NCBI GenBank assembly: GCA_000388065.2
Contig: KB932211.1
DNA: 29,657 bases
Source of the DNA: Fonticula alba ATCC 38817
Taxonomy: Eukaryota; Protista; Nucleariida
Direction: 5' to 3' (one strand)
Positions 1 through 11,040 of the stretch are shown one piece after another. The translations under genes and the position numbers were made by a program. Numbering within the stretch: position 1 is the stretch's first letter; the number at the start of each line of letters is the position of its first letter. The notes under the pieces are model-generated. The model was given only the letters and a program-made list of their open reading frames with translations. It had not been told where the DNA came from and searched no databases.

Positions 1-52
1 CGGGAGGGGGGCGGGGCGGGGAAGCCGGCAAGAGCAAGGGGGCGGCACACAC

Positions 53-907
53 CGGTAGTGCCAGATCTCAGCGCGGGCATCATCAAAGAGGCCATGCGGC
101 AGCAGGTCCACCGGAACCCAGGGCTGCTTGAGGCGGTGGTGTGCCTGCGTGGCGATGGACGTCTCGAAGTTGAACCCGGAGGAGCCTGGTTGCCGGCCGA
201 GGGCGAAGGAGGCGGGTCAGCGAGGTGAAGGGGGTCCAGGCGCGAAAGGGAAGGACATGGAGACGCGGCCGAGGCAGGGCGACCGCGGGCAGGGGAGCAC
301 GTACCCGGAACGTCGGACTCATTCTGCGAGGCGCCGGTCTTGGGCATCTGCTCGACCAGCCAGCCGAGCACGCGTCGGGATTCCGACACGTTGGAGTACA
401 GAAGCTGGTGGTAGCCGAGCTCCCCGCGGAAGCCAAGCTCCTGTGGGCCGGCGGCGACGGGCAACGCGCGCGCGCGCGCGCGGGGGGGGGGGGGGCAACA
501 TACGTCAGCAGGCAAGCAGGCAGCCGGCTGGAGGCCGGGCGGGCAAAAGGGGGCGCCGGGAAGGGGCTCGCACCTTGCAGGCATCGGCAATGGCCGTGGC
601 CACACGATACCGGCTGGCCAGCAGCGGGGGCAGCTTGTTGGGCAGCTCGCCAAAGCGCTTGGGGTTGATGGCCTTCAGGCCGGCGGCCAGGGTCTCGACC
701 AGGTGGTCGGGCGTGATCTGGTCCAGGCTGTTCAGGTCGCCGAGGCTGGGGAGAGCGGGGCGGTCAGCTGAAAAGACGCGAGGAAGAAGGAGAGACAGGG
801 GGAGGGAGATAGCTAGAGACTCGGGGTTAGGTAGAGGGCGGCCAGGGCGTCACGCACCAGCCCAGCGGGCGCAGGGAGACGAAGATGATACCATCGACGT
901 CGTCCAT
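53..907 (-). CDS. CCDC22: CCDC22 (Commander/CCC complex subunit), N-terminal four exons; runs off the left edge of the window inside an intron
   Basis: Minus-strand exons 907-858, 745-574, 440-305, 185-53, all GT-AG and phase-consistent. Spliced product MDDVDGIIFVSLRPLGCLGDLNSLDQITPDHLVETLAAGLKAINPKRFGELPNKLPPLLASRYRVATAIADACKELGFRGELGYHQLLYSNVSESRRVLGWLVEQMPK...RLKQPWVP resembles, from recall, the human CCDC22 N-terminus (MEEADRILIHSLRQAG...INP...SARFRLAMSLAQACMDLGYPLELGYQNFLY...PWVP). Confidence 0.85.
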
Positions 908-1063
908 GGTGGCGGAGGGGCGGAGGAGCGGAGTAGTGAGGTGGTTGGGGGAGGGGGGGGGAGGGGGAGGGGGGGAGGAGATGGCTGCCTGAGCGCTCCC
1001 CCCGGAGCGCTGGCGCCGGGCCGGTCGGACTTCACGGCGCCGCGGATGGGCGCGGGTGCGCCA

Positions 1064-1073
1064 NNNNNNNNNN
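1064..1073. other. Assembly gap (10 N)
   Basis: Run of N abutting a minisatellite. Confidence 0.99.
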
Positions 1074-1225
1074 GGGGGTGAGAGGGGCGAGAGGGGTGAG
1101 AGGGGCGAGAGGGGTGAGAGGGGCGAGAGGGGTGAGAGGGACAAGAGGGACAAGAGGGACAAGAGGGACAAGAGGGACAAGAGGGATAAAAAGGATAAAA
1201 AGGATAAGAGGGATAAGAGGGGTGA
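1074..1225. repeat. 9-bp graded minisatellite in a CCDC22 intron
   Basis: Alternating GAGGGGCGA/GAGGGGTGA, then GAGGGACAA x5, GAGGGATAA, AAAGGATAA x2, GAGGGATAA, GAGGGGTGA. Confidence 0.95.
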
Positions 1226-1328
1226 TAGGAAGAGAGGAAGAGAGAAAGAGAGAGAGAAGGGGAACGTGGGAAGACGCCCGGCAAATAGGGGGACCGGGAC
1301 ATGCGTGTGGAGGTGCCCCAACACATAC

Positions 1329-2738
1329 CATGAAACCATCGCGCTCGGCCTGGAGCTTCTCGTTGATGCGCATATGCGTAGCAAGGCGGGCCTCGAACTT
1401 CTGACGCATGTCGGCCATGCTGGTGGCAGGCAAAGGGGCAGCGAGGACCGCGAAGTAAGGGAAGGCCCCGTAAGTGACCAGGGAAGACACGGGCACATGG
1501 CAAGCACAGGAGAAGGCAAGGACCCCGTACCGGGCAGCGGACTCGGCGATCTGCGCCTCCAGGTTGGCGATGGAGGCCTCCGGATCGGCCAGCAGATCGA
1601 ACGTGCGCTTCTTCAGGAGGTACGCCGCCTCGAGCTTCTCGTTTTCGGTGGTCGCGTCGGCAATCTGCTTCTCGAACTGCGGTGCCGGGCACGTCAGGAG
1701 GGGGGTCAATGCGGGGAGCCAAGCCGGGGCCCCGGCCGGGCGGCTGCAACAAGGGGGCGGGGGGGAACCGTGTCACGCACGTCCTTGATGGCGAGCGACT
1801 GCTCGGACACCGTGGTCTCCATGGTGGAGATGGAGGACAGCAGGCCCTCCAGGCGCTGGCGGAGCTCCTCGAGCTCGGCCTCGCGGCGCTTTTGCAGGTC
1901 CTGCACATTCGAAGAGGGAGGGCAGGCATGGGGGGGAGGGGGAACCGTGCGGTCAGAGGGCTGCCGGCCGGCCGCACAGCAAACGCTGGACAGGCGGAAA
2001 GATGCGAGCAGATGAGGGCCCCGGCACAGGGGGGGGGGGGGGGGGGGGGGGGGCGAGGATGCCCGACGCACCTCCTCGGTTTCGTTTTGGGTGATGGGGT
2101 CGCTGTCCTCCTTCATAAACTGCGCCTGGTACGAGAAGCGAGAGCCGATCAATGAGCGGCCTGTGGCGGGCGAGCAGGCCGGCGAGGACGGGCGTCAGCA
2201 CGGGCGGATGGGCCGACAGGTGGGCGTGTGTCGCGGGGAAAGGAAATGCCGCAGGCGAATGAGGGGGAAAGTGCCCGAGGAGGGGCGCCCCTCCGGCAAA
2301 GGCAAGCACGGCGGGGGATGCGCAGCCACGCACCGGCCGCGGTGGCGGGCTCCAGGCTGCAGCGAATGTGCGCCGCGTCGGCCAGGGCCGTCTTCACCTG
2401 CTGCTGGATGAGATCGCGCACGGCGGCGCGCTTCTTGAGCAGGTGCTCCTTCTTCGACCGGCCGGAAGTCAGCCCAGCGGCGTCCCATTCCTGCTCGAGG
2501 CGCTCGTCGCGCGTCAGCAGCGCGGCCTCGCGCTGGAGGACCGACGTGCCGAGCTGCGCCGGGCCGAGCGCCTGCGCGGTCACCGGCCGGCAATGGCGCT
2601 CCTGATACCGGCGCTGCTCCTTGGTGATGGGGTCCGAGGTGATGAGGATGGTCGGGTCGCCGTAGCCGGCCGGCACGGCCAGCGGCGCAGCCGACAGGGG
2701 AGTGAAACAGTGGACGGAACTGCGGCCGGCCAGGTGTG
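1329..2738 (-). CDS. CCDC22: CCDC22 central coiled-coil exons (partial; starts at an assembly gap, C-terminal exons absent)
   Basis: Exons 2738-2334 (5' end in gap), 2160-2072, 1900-1781, 1676-1531, 1419-1329, GT-AG and in phase. Segments CRPVTAQ, GSRFSYQAQF, DLQKRREAELEELRQRLE and LKKRTFDLLADPEASIANLEAQIAESAARM correspond to CCDC22 PVPTQV, GSRFTHSEKF, ELESLREQLE and LKSRAVELLPDGTANLAKLQLVVENSAQR (recalled). Confidence 0.8.
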
Positions 2739-3299
2739 NNNNNNNNNNNNNNNNNNNNNNNNNNNNNNNNNNNNNNNNNNNNNNNNNNNNNNNNNNNNNN
2801 NNNNNNNNNNNNNNNNNNNNNNNNNNNNNNNNNNNNNNNNNNNNNNNNNNNNNNNNNNNNNNNNNNNNNNNNNNNNNNNNNNNNNNNNNNNNNNNNNNNN
2901 NNNNNNNNNNNNNNNNNNNNNNNNNNNNNNNNNNNNNNNNNNNNNNNNNNNNNNNNNNNNNNNNNNNNNNNNNNNNNNNNNNNNNNNNNNNNNNNNNNNN
3001 NNNNNNNNNNNNNNNNNNNNNNNNNNNNNNNNNNNNNNNNNNNNNNNNNNNNNNNNNNNNNNNNNNNNNNNNNNNNNNNNNNNNNNNNNNNNNNNNNNNN
3101 NNNNNNNNNNNNNNNNNNNNNNNNNNNNNNNNNNNNNNNNNNNNNNNNNNNNNNNNNNNNNNNNNNNNNNNNNNNNNNNNNNNNNNNNNNNNNNNNNNNN
3201 NNNNNNNNNNNNNNNNNNNNNNNNNNNNNNNNNNNNNNNNNNNNNNNNNNNNNNNNNNNNNNNNNNNNNNNNNNNNNNNNNNNNNNNNNNNNNNNNNNN
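2739..3299. other. Assembly gap (561 N)
   Basis: Run of N that interrupts a CCDC22 exon. Confidence 0.99.
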
Positions 3300-5489
3300 G
3301 GGGGCCGGGGCGGGCGTATTAAAAAACAAACCCCGATCCGGTGCCCTGGTCAGCCGGCCGGCCGGATCGTCGGCGCCTGGGGCCCGTGATCCTCCCTTAA
3401 CCGTGGGCAGCTGCCCTGCGACCGCGCTGATTCACCGGCCCCCGTGGGGGCTCTGTGCGAGGCGGGGAGGGGAGCCGGCGGCCGCGGGGTATCTCCGCCT
3501 CCGGCGGGCCCGGCGACCGGCGGGGGGGGGAAGCGTCGCGGGCATGCGCGGGCATGCGCGGGCGGTGCGTGCGCGTGCGCCCGCGCGCCCGTCCGCCTGG
3601 CCCAACCTTGGGCCGAGAATTGCGGCCTGAGGGGGCGCGGTGGTGCCGGGCCGCGGCCCGCGCGTGTGTGCCTCGGGCGTGCGTCAGTCGGCCTGGCGCG
3701 CCTATCGCGGGGCGCCAGGCGAGCTGGCCGAGTAGGCCCGCCAGCCGGGAGAGAGGCATAGAATATCGGGGCGGACCGGGAGAGGCGTGGGGGGAAAATA
3801 GGCTTGCGCGTCTGAGCGCCCCCCGCCCCGCAGCGTCTCCCCCCGCCCCCCGTGGGGCGCGCGCGCCCGGCGGCGCGTGCTTGGATGCGGGGACGCGCGC
3901 GTGCGTGCGCGCTTGTGTGCCCGTGAATGCAGGCGCATGTTATTTTGAGGAGGCGGGGCGGAGGGCGCCGCCGGCGTGCACTCTTGCTGCTTCGGTCAAA
4001 AGTGGCGGGGCGGTGTCGTCATGGCGCCGGTGCCCGGTGCCCGGGGGAGGCCCACATGCCATGGTGCCGGCGGCCGGCGCGCCGCAGGCTGACACACCTC
4101 CGGGCCGCCTGTGGAGGACGGGCCGCCGGCGCCGAGGCGCCCACACACACACACGCACGAACTGACCAGCGCAGGGGGGGGGGAGGGACGGAAACGCTGG
4201 CGTGCAGCACAAAACCGTGTCGCCTGCCGGCCGACCGCCGGGGCGTCTCGTCCGGTCTCGCGGGCCTGGGCGGCCGGCCGGCGTCGCCAGGCACGCCCGG
4301 CACCGGGGGGCGCACTGGGGCCCGGCCCCGGTGGTGAGGTGTGTCCCCGGGGAGGGGGGAGCGGCCAGGCCGGGCCATGCACCGTCGGCGCCATCCGGCG
4401 AGGGGCCACGCGCGCTTGGCGCCCGCACCGGCTTAACGCCGGGTCCATTGCAGGGGCGAGCGCGCGCGCACGGAGGGCCCGCCGCCCCCCTCCCCTGCTT
4501 CGCGGGGGACCCGGGGGCTTCTTCGGCTCGGGGAGGCGGTGCCCCCGGGGCTTGCGGATGTAACCCGGCAGGCGGGCACCAGCCGTGCGCCGGGCGGCCC
4601 GGGCGCACGCGCCGCTCACGCAAGCGTGACCGCGCATGTGCGCGCCGCCGGGTATGGGGCTCGGTGCGCGCGCGCGCGCGCGCGCGTGTGCGGACGCCCC
4701 GCGCACCCGCATGCAAGCTCCCACGGTGTGCACACATACCCGCGCCCAGCTATCGCACGCACCGACACCCGCACACGTCTGGCTTCGCACGCCACCCCCT
4801 ATCCCCCGGTATCCCCGCCGGCGACGCGCACTTTTTTATATTGACACCCATATCTATTGGGGCTATTCCCGGGCCCGCGCACCGGGCGCGCCCAGGCCCG
4901 CGCACAAACAGACCACCGCCAGGGGGCAGCCGCCGCGGAACGGACCACACAGGGAGAACCGCTTTCGGGCCGGAGCCGCGGGATGAATCCGGCGGCCCCC
5001 CCCCCCGGCGCGGTCAGGAGGCCCCCCGGGCGCGCCAGGTGGCCGGAGGGAGGGGGGGCGCAGCGGCAGGGGGACCCACTGCCCTGCGGGTGCCGCCCCC
5101 CCCCCCCCCCAGGGACACCGGCACGGGCGCGCCCTTGTACGGGGCCCCCCGGGCGTCCTGCCAGCGCTGTTGGCGCCCGGCGGCGGCGCTTGCCCGTCCA
5201 GTCACGGCCGACGATCGGGCCGAGCAGGCGGCCCCCCCGCCCCGGGGGGCGGGCCGGCACCGCGAAGGGAGCGCCGCAGCTTTGTTATTGTTCTCTCTCT
5301 GTCTCTCTCTTTCGGTCCCCAGGGATCCGTCCCCCCGCGTCGCCCAGGCATCCGCCTCCCCCCCCCCCCCAAAGGGCGCCAGCCCACCGGCCGCAGCATC
5401 CAACCGGTGGGCACCCCCTCCCCCCTGTCTGCTGGACCCTCCTCCCCTCCAAGCAGCCATCCCCCTCCCCCCTCCCTCCCGGATCCGCC

Positions 5490-5833
5490 ATGGCTCTGGG
5501 TGTCACTCTCAAGGTGGGCTTCGCCCTGCTGGCGGCCTCCCTGCTGGGCTTCGCCTCGCCGGGCGCCGCTGCCGCCGCCACCGACCGCTATGAGGTCGAC
5601 CTGCCGGCCGACTACACCGGCATGCCGGACGGCCTGCCCGCCTACGCCGGCCCCGAGCGCCTGCACCCCGCCGAGCCGATCCGCTCGCACACCGGGTCGC
5701 GGTTCTACCGCGTGCATGTGCAGTCGCAGCGCGACGCCGCGGCTCTCGCCGAGGCGGCCGAGGTGCGTCTGCCCCCCTGATCTGCCCCGCCACCCTCGTG
5801 CCTATGCGCATGCTTTCTCTCTCTCTCTCTCCC

Positions 5834-5877
<44 letters not shown>

Positions 5878-7591
5878 TCGCACTCGCACACACGCCAGGC
5901 CCTCCACCTGGACCTGATGGGGTCGATCGCCGTCCCCGGAGAGATCAACGTCCTGGTCCCGGCCGACTCGCTGGTGCCCTTCCGCCGGCTGTCGCTGCGT
6001 GCCAACGTCCTCGGCGGCCACGCCGACGCCGCGCAGATGATCGAGGCCGCGCGGGTGGAGAATGACCGCGCGCGCTTCGAGTCCTTCGCCACCCTGCAGC
6101 AGGTCGGCATCGAGCGCTTCGGCCTCGGCGTCGACAACGACCCCTGGTACGACGCGTACCACAGCCTGAACGAGACGTACGCCTGGCTGGACGACCTGGA
6201 GGCCGCCTACCCCGCCGGGGGTCTCGTCAGCGTGGAGCGCGTCAGCGCCGGGCGCACCTACCTCGGCAATGACCAGGCCGGCGTCCGGATCAAGGTCCGC
6301 GGCGCGACCCCGCGCAAGGCGGCCGTCATCATCGGCGGCGAGCACGCTCGGTATGTTCCCCCCCCCCCCCCTTCGCTGCTGGCCGCCACTCTTTCGGCCC
6401 GGGTGCGGGGGTGCTTTCGGCTGGCATGCCTCTCGGCTGACGTGTGCTTTTTCCTCCTCCTTCGGGTGCCCCCTCCGCCCCCTCCCAGCGAGTGGGTCAC
6501 CATCCCCACCGTGCAGGGTGTCCTGCAGACCTTCCTGGAGCGCGCGGCCGCCGGCGACCAGGAGATCCTGGAATACCTGAGCAAGGTGCGTTGCGCCCAC
6601 CGTCCGCCTTTCCTCTTGCTGCCCCCCCCCCTCCTGAGCGCGCGCGCGCGCGCACGCGCAGACACCGAGCTGACCCGGTCGCCGCCTCCGTGCTCGCCTC
6701 GCCTGCTTCCCCCCCCCCTCCCTGTCCCAGATTGACTGGCACTTCTTCCCTGTCTTCAACCCGGACGGCTATGACCACTCCTGGACCAGCGAGTACGTGC
6801 ACCTGCCTTTCCCTTGCGCCCCCCATCCCGCGCTTCCTCTCTGCTCCTCCCCACCGCCATGTCTCTCCGGTCATCGCATGCGCGCCTGTCTCGGCCATCC
6901 CCCCCCCCCTCCTTACGCCCATCGGCGGCCTGGCGCCATCATGTGCGCCGTTGGCAAATCCTGACCCCCCGCTCCCCCCGCTCCCCCTCCGACCCATCGG
7001 CGGCCGGGCTGCAGCCGGCTCTGGCGCAAGAACCGCGTCCCCAACAAGGGCTCCGTCTGCGTCGGCACCGACATCAACCGCAACTGGGGCAAGAACTGGA
7101 ACACCGGCGGGTCGTCGCCGCAGCCCTGCTCCGACGCGTACCACGGCACCGGGGCCTTCTCGGCGCACGAGTCGCGCAACATGAACAACTACCTGATGGC
7201 CCTGCAGCGCACCGGCGTCCATGTCCTGTCCTTCATCGACCAGCACGCCTACAGCCAGCTGTGGATGTATCCCCCTGGCTTCACCTGCTCCGAGGTGACC
7301 CCGGAGCATGACCTGCTCGAGGCCGTCGGCACCGCCTGCGCGGACGCCATCTACCAGGCTGGCTTCCAGACCGTCTACAAGGCCGGCACCATCTGCCGGA
7401 TCATCTACCAGGCCAGTGGCGGGTCCGTGGACCACACCTACTACAACCTGGACATCCCCTTCTCGTATGCCATCGAGGGCCGCGATGTCGGCCGCCACGG
7501 GTTCGAGCTGCCCCCGGCCCAGATCCGCCCTTCGGTCATTGAGACCTTCGAGGCGTACCGCGTCCTGGGCCGTGCCTTCCTGGACTACTAG
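5490..7591 (+). CDS. Secreted zinc metallocarboxypeptidase, family M14A (carboxypeptidase A-like) with signal peptide and propeptide, ~486 aa
   Basis: Exons 5490-5762, 5899-6350, 6489-6585, 6731-6792, 7015-7591. Hydrophobic N-terminus; GGEHAR|EW (HxxE, split by an intron); FNPDGY; LWRKNR; GTDINRNW; DQHAYSQ (third Zn ligand); IYQASGGSVD; catalytic Glu in SYAIEGRD. Confidence 0.92.
5816..5877. repeat. (CT)n-(CA)n compound microsatellite in carboxypeptidase intron 1
   Basis: Direct reading. Confidence 0.9.
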
Positions 7592-8339
7592 TCGCCCGGC
7601 GGGCCGCGCCAGCACATGCGCTGTGTATGTGGGCATATGTATACATGTGTGTGTGTGTCTGTGTGTCTGTGTGCCGGGGACAGCGGCTGCAGTGGCGGCG
7701 GTGAGTTGAAGCTCGGGCCTCCCGCCCGAGCGTGATCGGGCCCCCGTCCTTTCCCCCCCCCCCCCCCCCCGTGCACCACATTTCGCCTCTTGTTGTCTCT
7801 GCGCACCGCGCCGCGTGCACGCGCATCCCCTCTCCCCACATCTGAAGGGATCCCACCAAATGCATTCTCGTTCTCTCCTTCATTCATTTTTTTTTCTTGG
7901 ACGGCCGAGGGGGGGGGGGGGCACTTTGCGGTGTGCCTCGTCCCGGGGCCTTTGCGCGCTAGACCGGCGGCCGTGGAGCGTGCCGGGCGATCGGGAGATG
8001 CCAATGTATGGGCTGGTCGGAGGTCCCGGCGAACGGCGAAAGCCGCTCCTGGCACGATCGCTGCGGCGCCCTCCGGGGTCGGATCTCGCGCGTGTGCGCG
8101 CGCGCGCGCGTTCCTGCGCGCTTGCCGGGGCGGGGGCAACAGGGCCGCGCAGCCCGGGGGCAGAAATGCGCCCCCGCCGGGGCCAAGTGCTCTCCGGACT
8201 GGAGCCATGCCCAGTCCCCTCCTCCCCTCCTCCCCCCCTCCTGCTCCCTCCTGCTCCCTCCTCTCCTTTGTCAACAGCACCCCACACTTGCGCCCGCCCG
8301 CCCGCCCGCTCCCCCCTCCGCCCTCGCCCATCCGCCGTC

Positions 8340-9054
8340 ATGGTTGACCGCCAGGAGCTGCCACCCGCCGATGCGGAGCAGTACATGTCCAAGGTGCGCC
8401 ATGTGTTTGCATTCGACCGCCGGCCAGGGGGCCGCTACTCACACGCCCTTCGCCGCGCGGGCACCCGGCAGCTGGCCTTGATGGTGTCGCTGCGCAACCA
8501 GCTGGTCACCATGATCAATGACATCACCGACCGAACGTCTTCATCCTCCCCCACGCCGGTGGCCATCTCCGAAGAGGAGAGGGCCAATGTGGCCCGCATT
8601 CGTCAGGCGGTACGTCGCGTGTGCCGTTGCCTGTGCCGTTGTCTGTGCCGTTGTCTGTGCTGTTGTCTGTCAGGATGTGCCTTGCGCATTTGTGGGACAT
8701 CTGGCCCTTGGGAAGCATCTTCTCCAGGCCACACGGCCCCCACCATGGCAGGGCCCGGGTATCTCCCTCTCTCTCCTGTCCCATGGGCGGAGTGCGCACG
8801 ACCTCCGGCAGGAGCAGGCGCCGGGCAAAGAGCGAGCCGCGATTGTTGGAGCGAAGCGCAGCTCCTTGCACGCCGGCACTCTCCAGCGGGGCGCCGTACG
8901 CGCCGGCCCCCGGCACATGCACCCGTGTGGGCATGGCGTCGCGCCGTCGTCGGCCTTGTGCCGGGCAGCACGCACCCCTGCGGGGGCCCTCCTCTTCCCC
9001 CCTCCCTCCCCCTCCAGGTTGCCGGTCCCTGGCCTCTTCCTCTGACATAGTCGC

Positions 9055-9085
<31 letters not shown>

Positions 9086-9530
9086 CGCTCCCCCCCCCTG
9101 CTCCCCTGGCTTTCCTCGCCCGCTGCCCCGCCGGCATGACGGGTCACAGCTCAGCCAGACGGACCAGCTCATCCAACTGTCGCCGCCCCTGCCGAAGATG
9201 GTGCATGGGGCCCTGTGGCCGGCCCTCCCCACCGGGCCCGTGTTCCCGGCCAGCTCCCAGATGCCGGCCCTGTATGTGGAGAAGCTGCACCAGTACCAGG
9301 CCTTCCTGGTGGGGCTGGGGCACCGGTGCTTCGGCGTGGACCTGGCCGTCAGCCATCCGCTGGTGGTGGCCAACTACAGCCCGGGCGGTGTCATCTCGGT
9401 GGCCTACTCCGCCGGGCATGGGATTCAGGCGCTGGCGGCGTCGCGACCGGCCGCACCGGCGGCAGCCGCCGCCGCCGCCGGGGCGCACGTCGGTGCACAG
9501 CCCGGCCCCGGGGCCCCGACGTCCCCAAAT

Positions 9531-9562
<32 letters not shown>

Positions 9563-10445
9563 CACTGCGGCGGCGGTTGCCGCTGCCGCTGCCGCTGCGG
9601 CGGCCGCCGCTTCCCGAGCGGCCCCCCCCGCGGCCACGGCGGCAACCCCCGCCGGCACTGCGGCAGCGGCGGCGACGGCCGGCGCCCAGCCCGGCGCCTA
9701 CCAGCCGTCGGTGGCGGCCGGTGTCCCGCGGCCCGCTGCCGGGCAGGTCCCCCGGCCGGCCCCTCGTGTACGTGCATCCGGCGCCTTCTTTTTGTTGGCG
9801 TGGGGCTTTGTTGCGTCCCTTTTGGCGGCCCGTCCTGACGACTCACCTGGTCTCCCTGTGTTTGTCCCTGCCGCGGGGGTGGTGGTGGGGGGCGCCCTCG
9901 GCACACCCCCCACGCCTGTGCGTACCGCGGCACCGCACGTAGGCCCTCATTTCTAAGACCAAGCTCCAGGAGATCGTCCAGTCGGCACATCCGAATGCCA
10001 CGCTGGATCGCGTTGTGGAGGAGGCCCTCGGGTCGCTGGCCGAGGATTTCCTGGTGCAGGTGATCACGCAGTCCTGTCGGCTGGCTCGCCATCGGGGCAG
10101 CCTCACCCTGACGGCCAAGGACGTCCTGCGGCCGCTTCGTGCGTGGCTCATGCCTCCTTTCCGTTCTTCTTGCCGTTCTTCTTGCCGTTCTTCTTGCTGC
10201 TGCTCTTGCTCCTCCCATTGCGTCGCCCGGCGCCAGCTGCCCCGATTGCCCAATCACACGCCCACACTCACACATGTGCCCATCTGTGTGCGCGCGCGCG
10301 TGCGTCCCGCTCGGCAGGGCAGCACTGGAACATGGACGTCCCGGGGTATCCGGTGTTGGCTACCTTCACGCCGCACCAGCAGCCGGCCGACGCGGAGCAG
10401 GGGCCAGCCGGGGGGGCCGGAGGCGCGCCGGCCGACAAGAAGTAG
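8340..10445 (+). CDS. TAF12: TFIID/SAGA subunit TAF12 (C-terminal histone fold) with a long N-terminal extension including a polyalanine tract, ~377 aa
   Basis: Exons 8340-8393, 8472-8609, 9150-9767, 9943-10138, 10318-10445. Exons 4-5 give ISKTKLQEIVQSAHPNATLDRVVEEALGSLAEDFLVQVITQSCRLARHRGSLTLTAKDVLRPLRQHWNMDVPGY, matching the recalled TAF12 pattern LTKKKLQDLV...DVEEML...ADDFI...ACQLARHRKS.TLEVKDV...QWNMWIPGF. The first three exons are less certain than the histone-fold exons. Confidence 0.85.
8621..8668. repeat. 12-bp tandem repeat x4 in TAF12 intron 2
   Basis: GTGCCGTTGCCT, GTGCCGTTGTCT x2, GTGCTGTTGTCT. Confidence 0.9.
10159..10206. repeat. 12-bp tandem repeat x4 in TAF12 intron 4
   Basis: TTCCGTTCTTCT, TGCCGTTCTTCT x2, TGCTGCTGCTCT. 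Confidence 0.85.
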
Positions 10446-10471
10446 CCCTCCCGGCGGGCTTGCCGCGGCGC

Positions 10472-11006
10472 NNNNNNNNNNNNNNNNNNNNNNNNNNNNN
10501 NNNNNNNNNNNNNNNNNNNNNNNNNNNNNNNNNNNNNNNNNNNNNNNNNNNNNNNNNNNNNNNNNNNNNNNNNNNNNNNNNNNNNNNNNNNNNNNNNNNN
10601 NNNNNNNNNNNNNNNNNNNNNNNNNNNNNNNNNNNNNNNNNNNNNNNNNNNNNNNNNNNNNNNNNNNNNNNNNNNNNNNNNNNNNNNNNNNNNNNNNNNN
10701 NNNNNNNNNNNNNNNNNNNNNNNNNNNNNNNNNNNNNNNNNNNNNNNNNNNNNNNNNNNNNNNNNNNNNNNNNNNNNNNNNNNNNNNNNNNNNNNNNNNN
10801 NNNNNNNNNNNNNNNNNNNNNNNNNNNNNNNNNNNNNNNNNNNNNNNNNNNNNNNNNNNNNNNNNNNNNNNNNNNNNNNNNNNNNNNNNNNNNNNNNNNN
10901 NNNNNNNNNNNNNNNNNNNNNNNNNNNNNNNNNNNNNNNNNNNNNNNNNNNNNNNNNNNNNNNNNNNNNNNNNNNNNNNNNNNNNNNNNNNNNNNNNNNN
11001 NNNNNN
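10472..11006. other. Assembly gap (535 N)
   Basis: Run of N. Confidence 0.99.
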
Positions 11007-11040
11007 TTTTTTTTTTTTTTCACCCTTTTTTTTCCTTTTT

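Noticed and set aside
3300-5489. Hidden gene or transposon in the 2.2-kb region between the gap and the carboxypeptidase
   Set aside because: No coding-like codon pattern, no exon chain with GTRCG donors, and no terminal inverted repeats or transposase/RT motifs. It reads as divergent promoter or intergenic DNA.
8672-9050. Extra TAF12 exons inside the 540-nt intron 2 (acceptor-like CAG at ~8672 and ~9018)
   Set aside because: No matching GTRCG donor in phase, the 9018 candidate hits a stop, and 8609 joins 9150 in frame without them.
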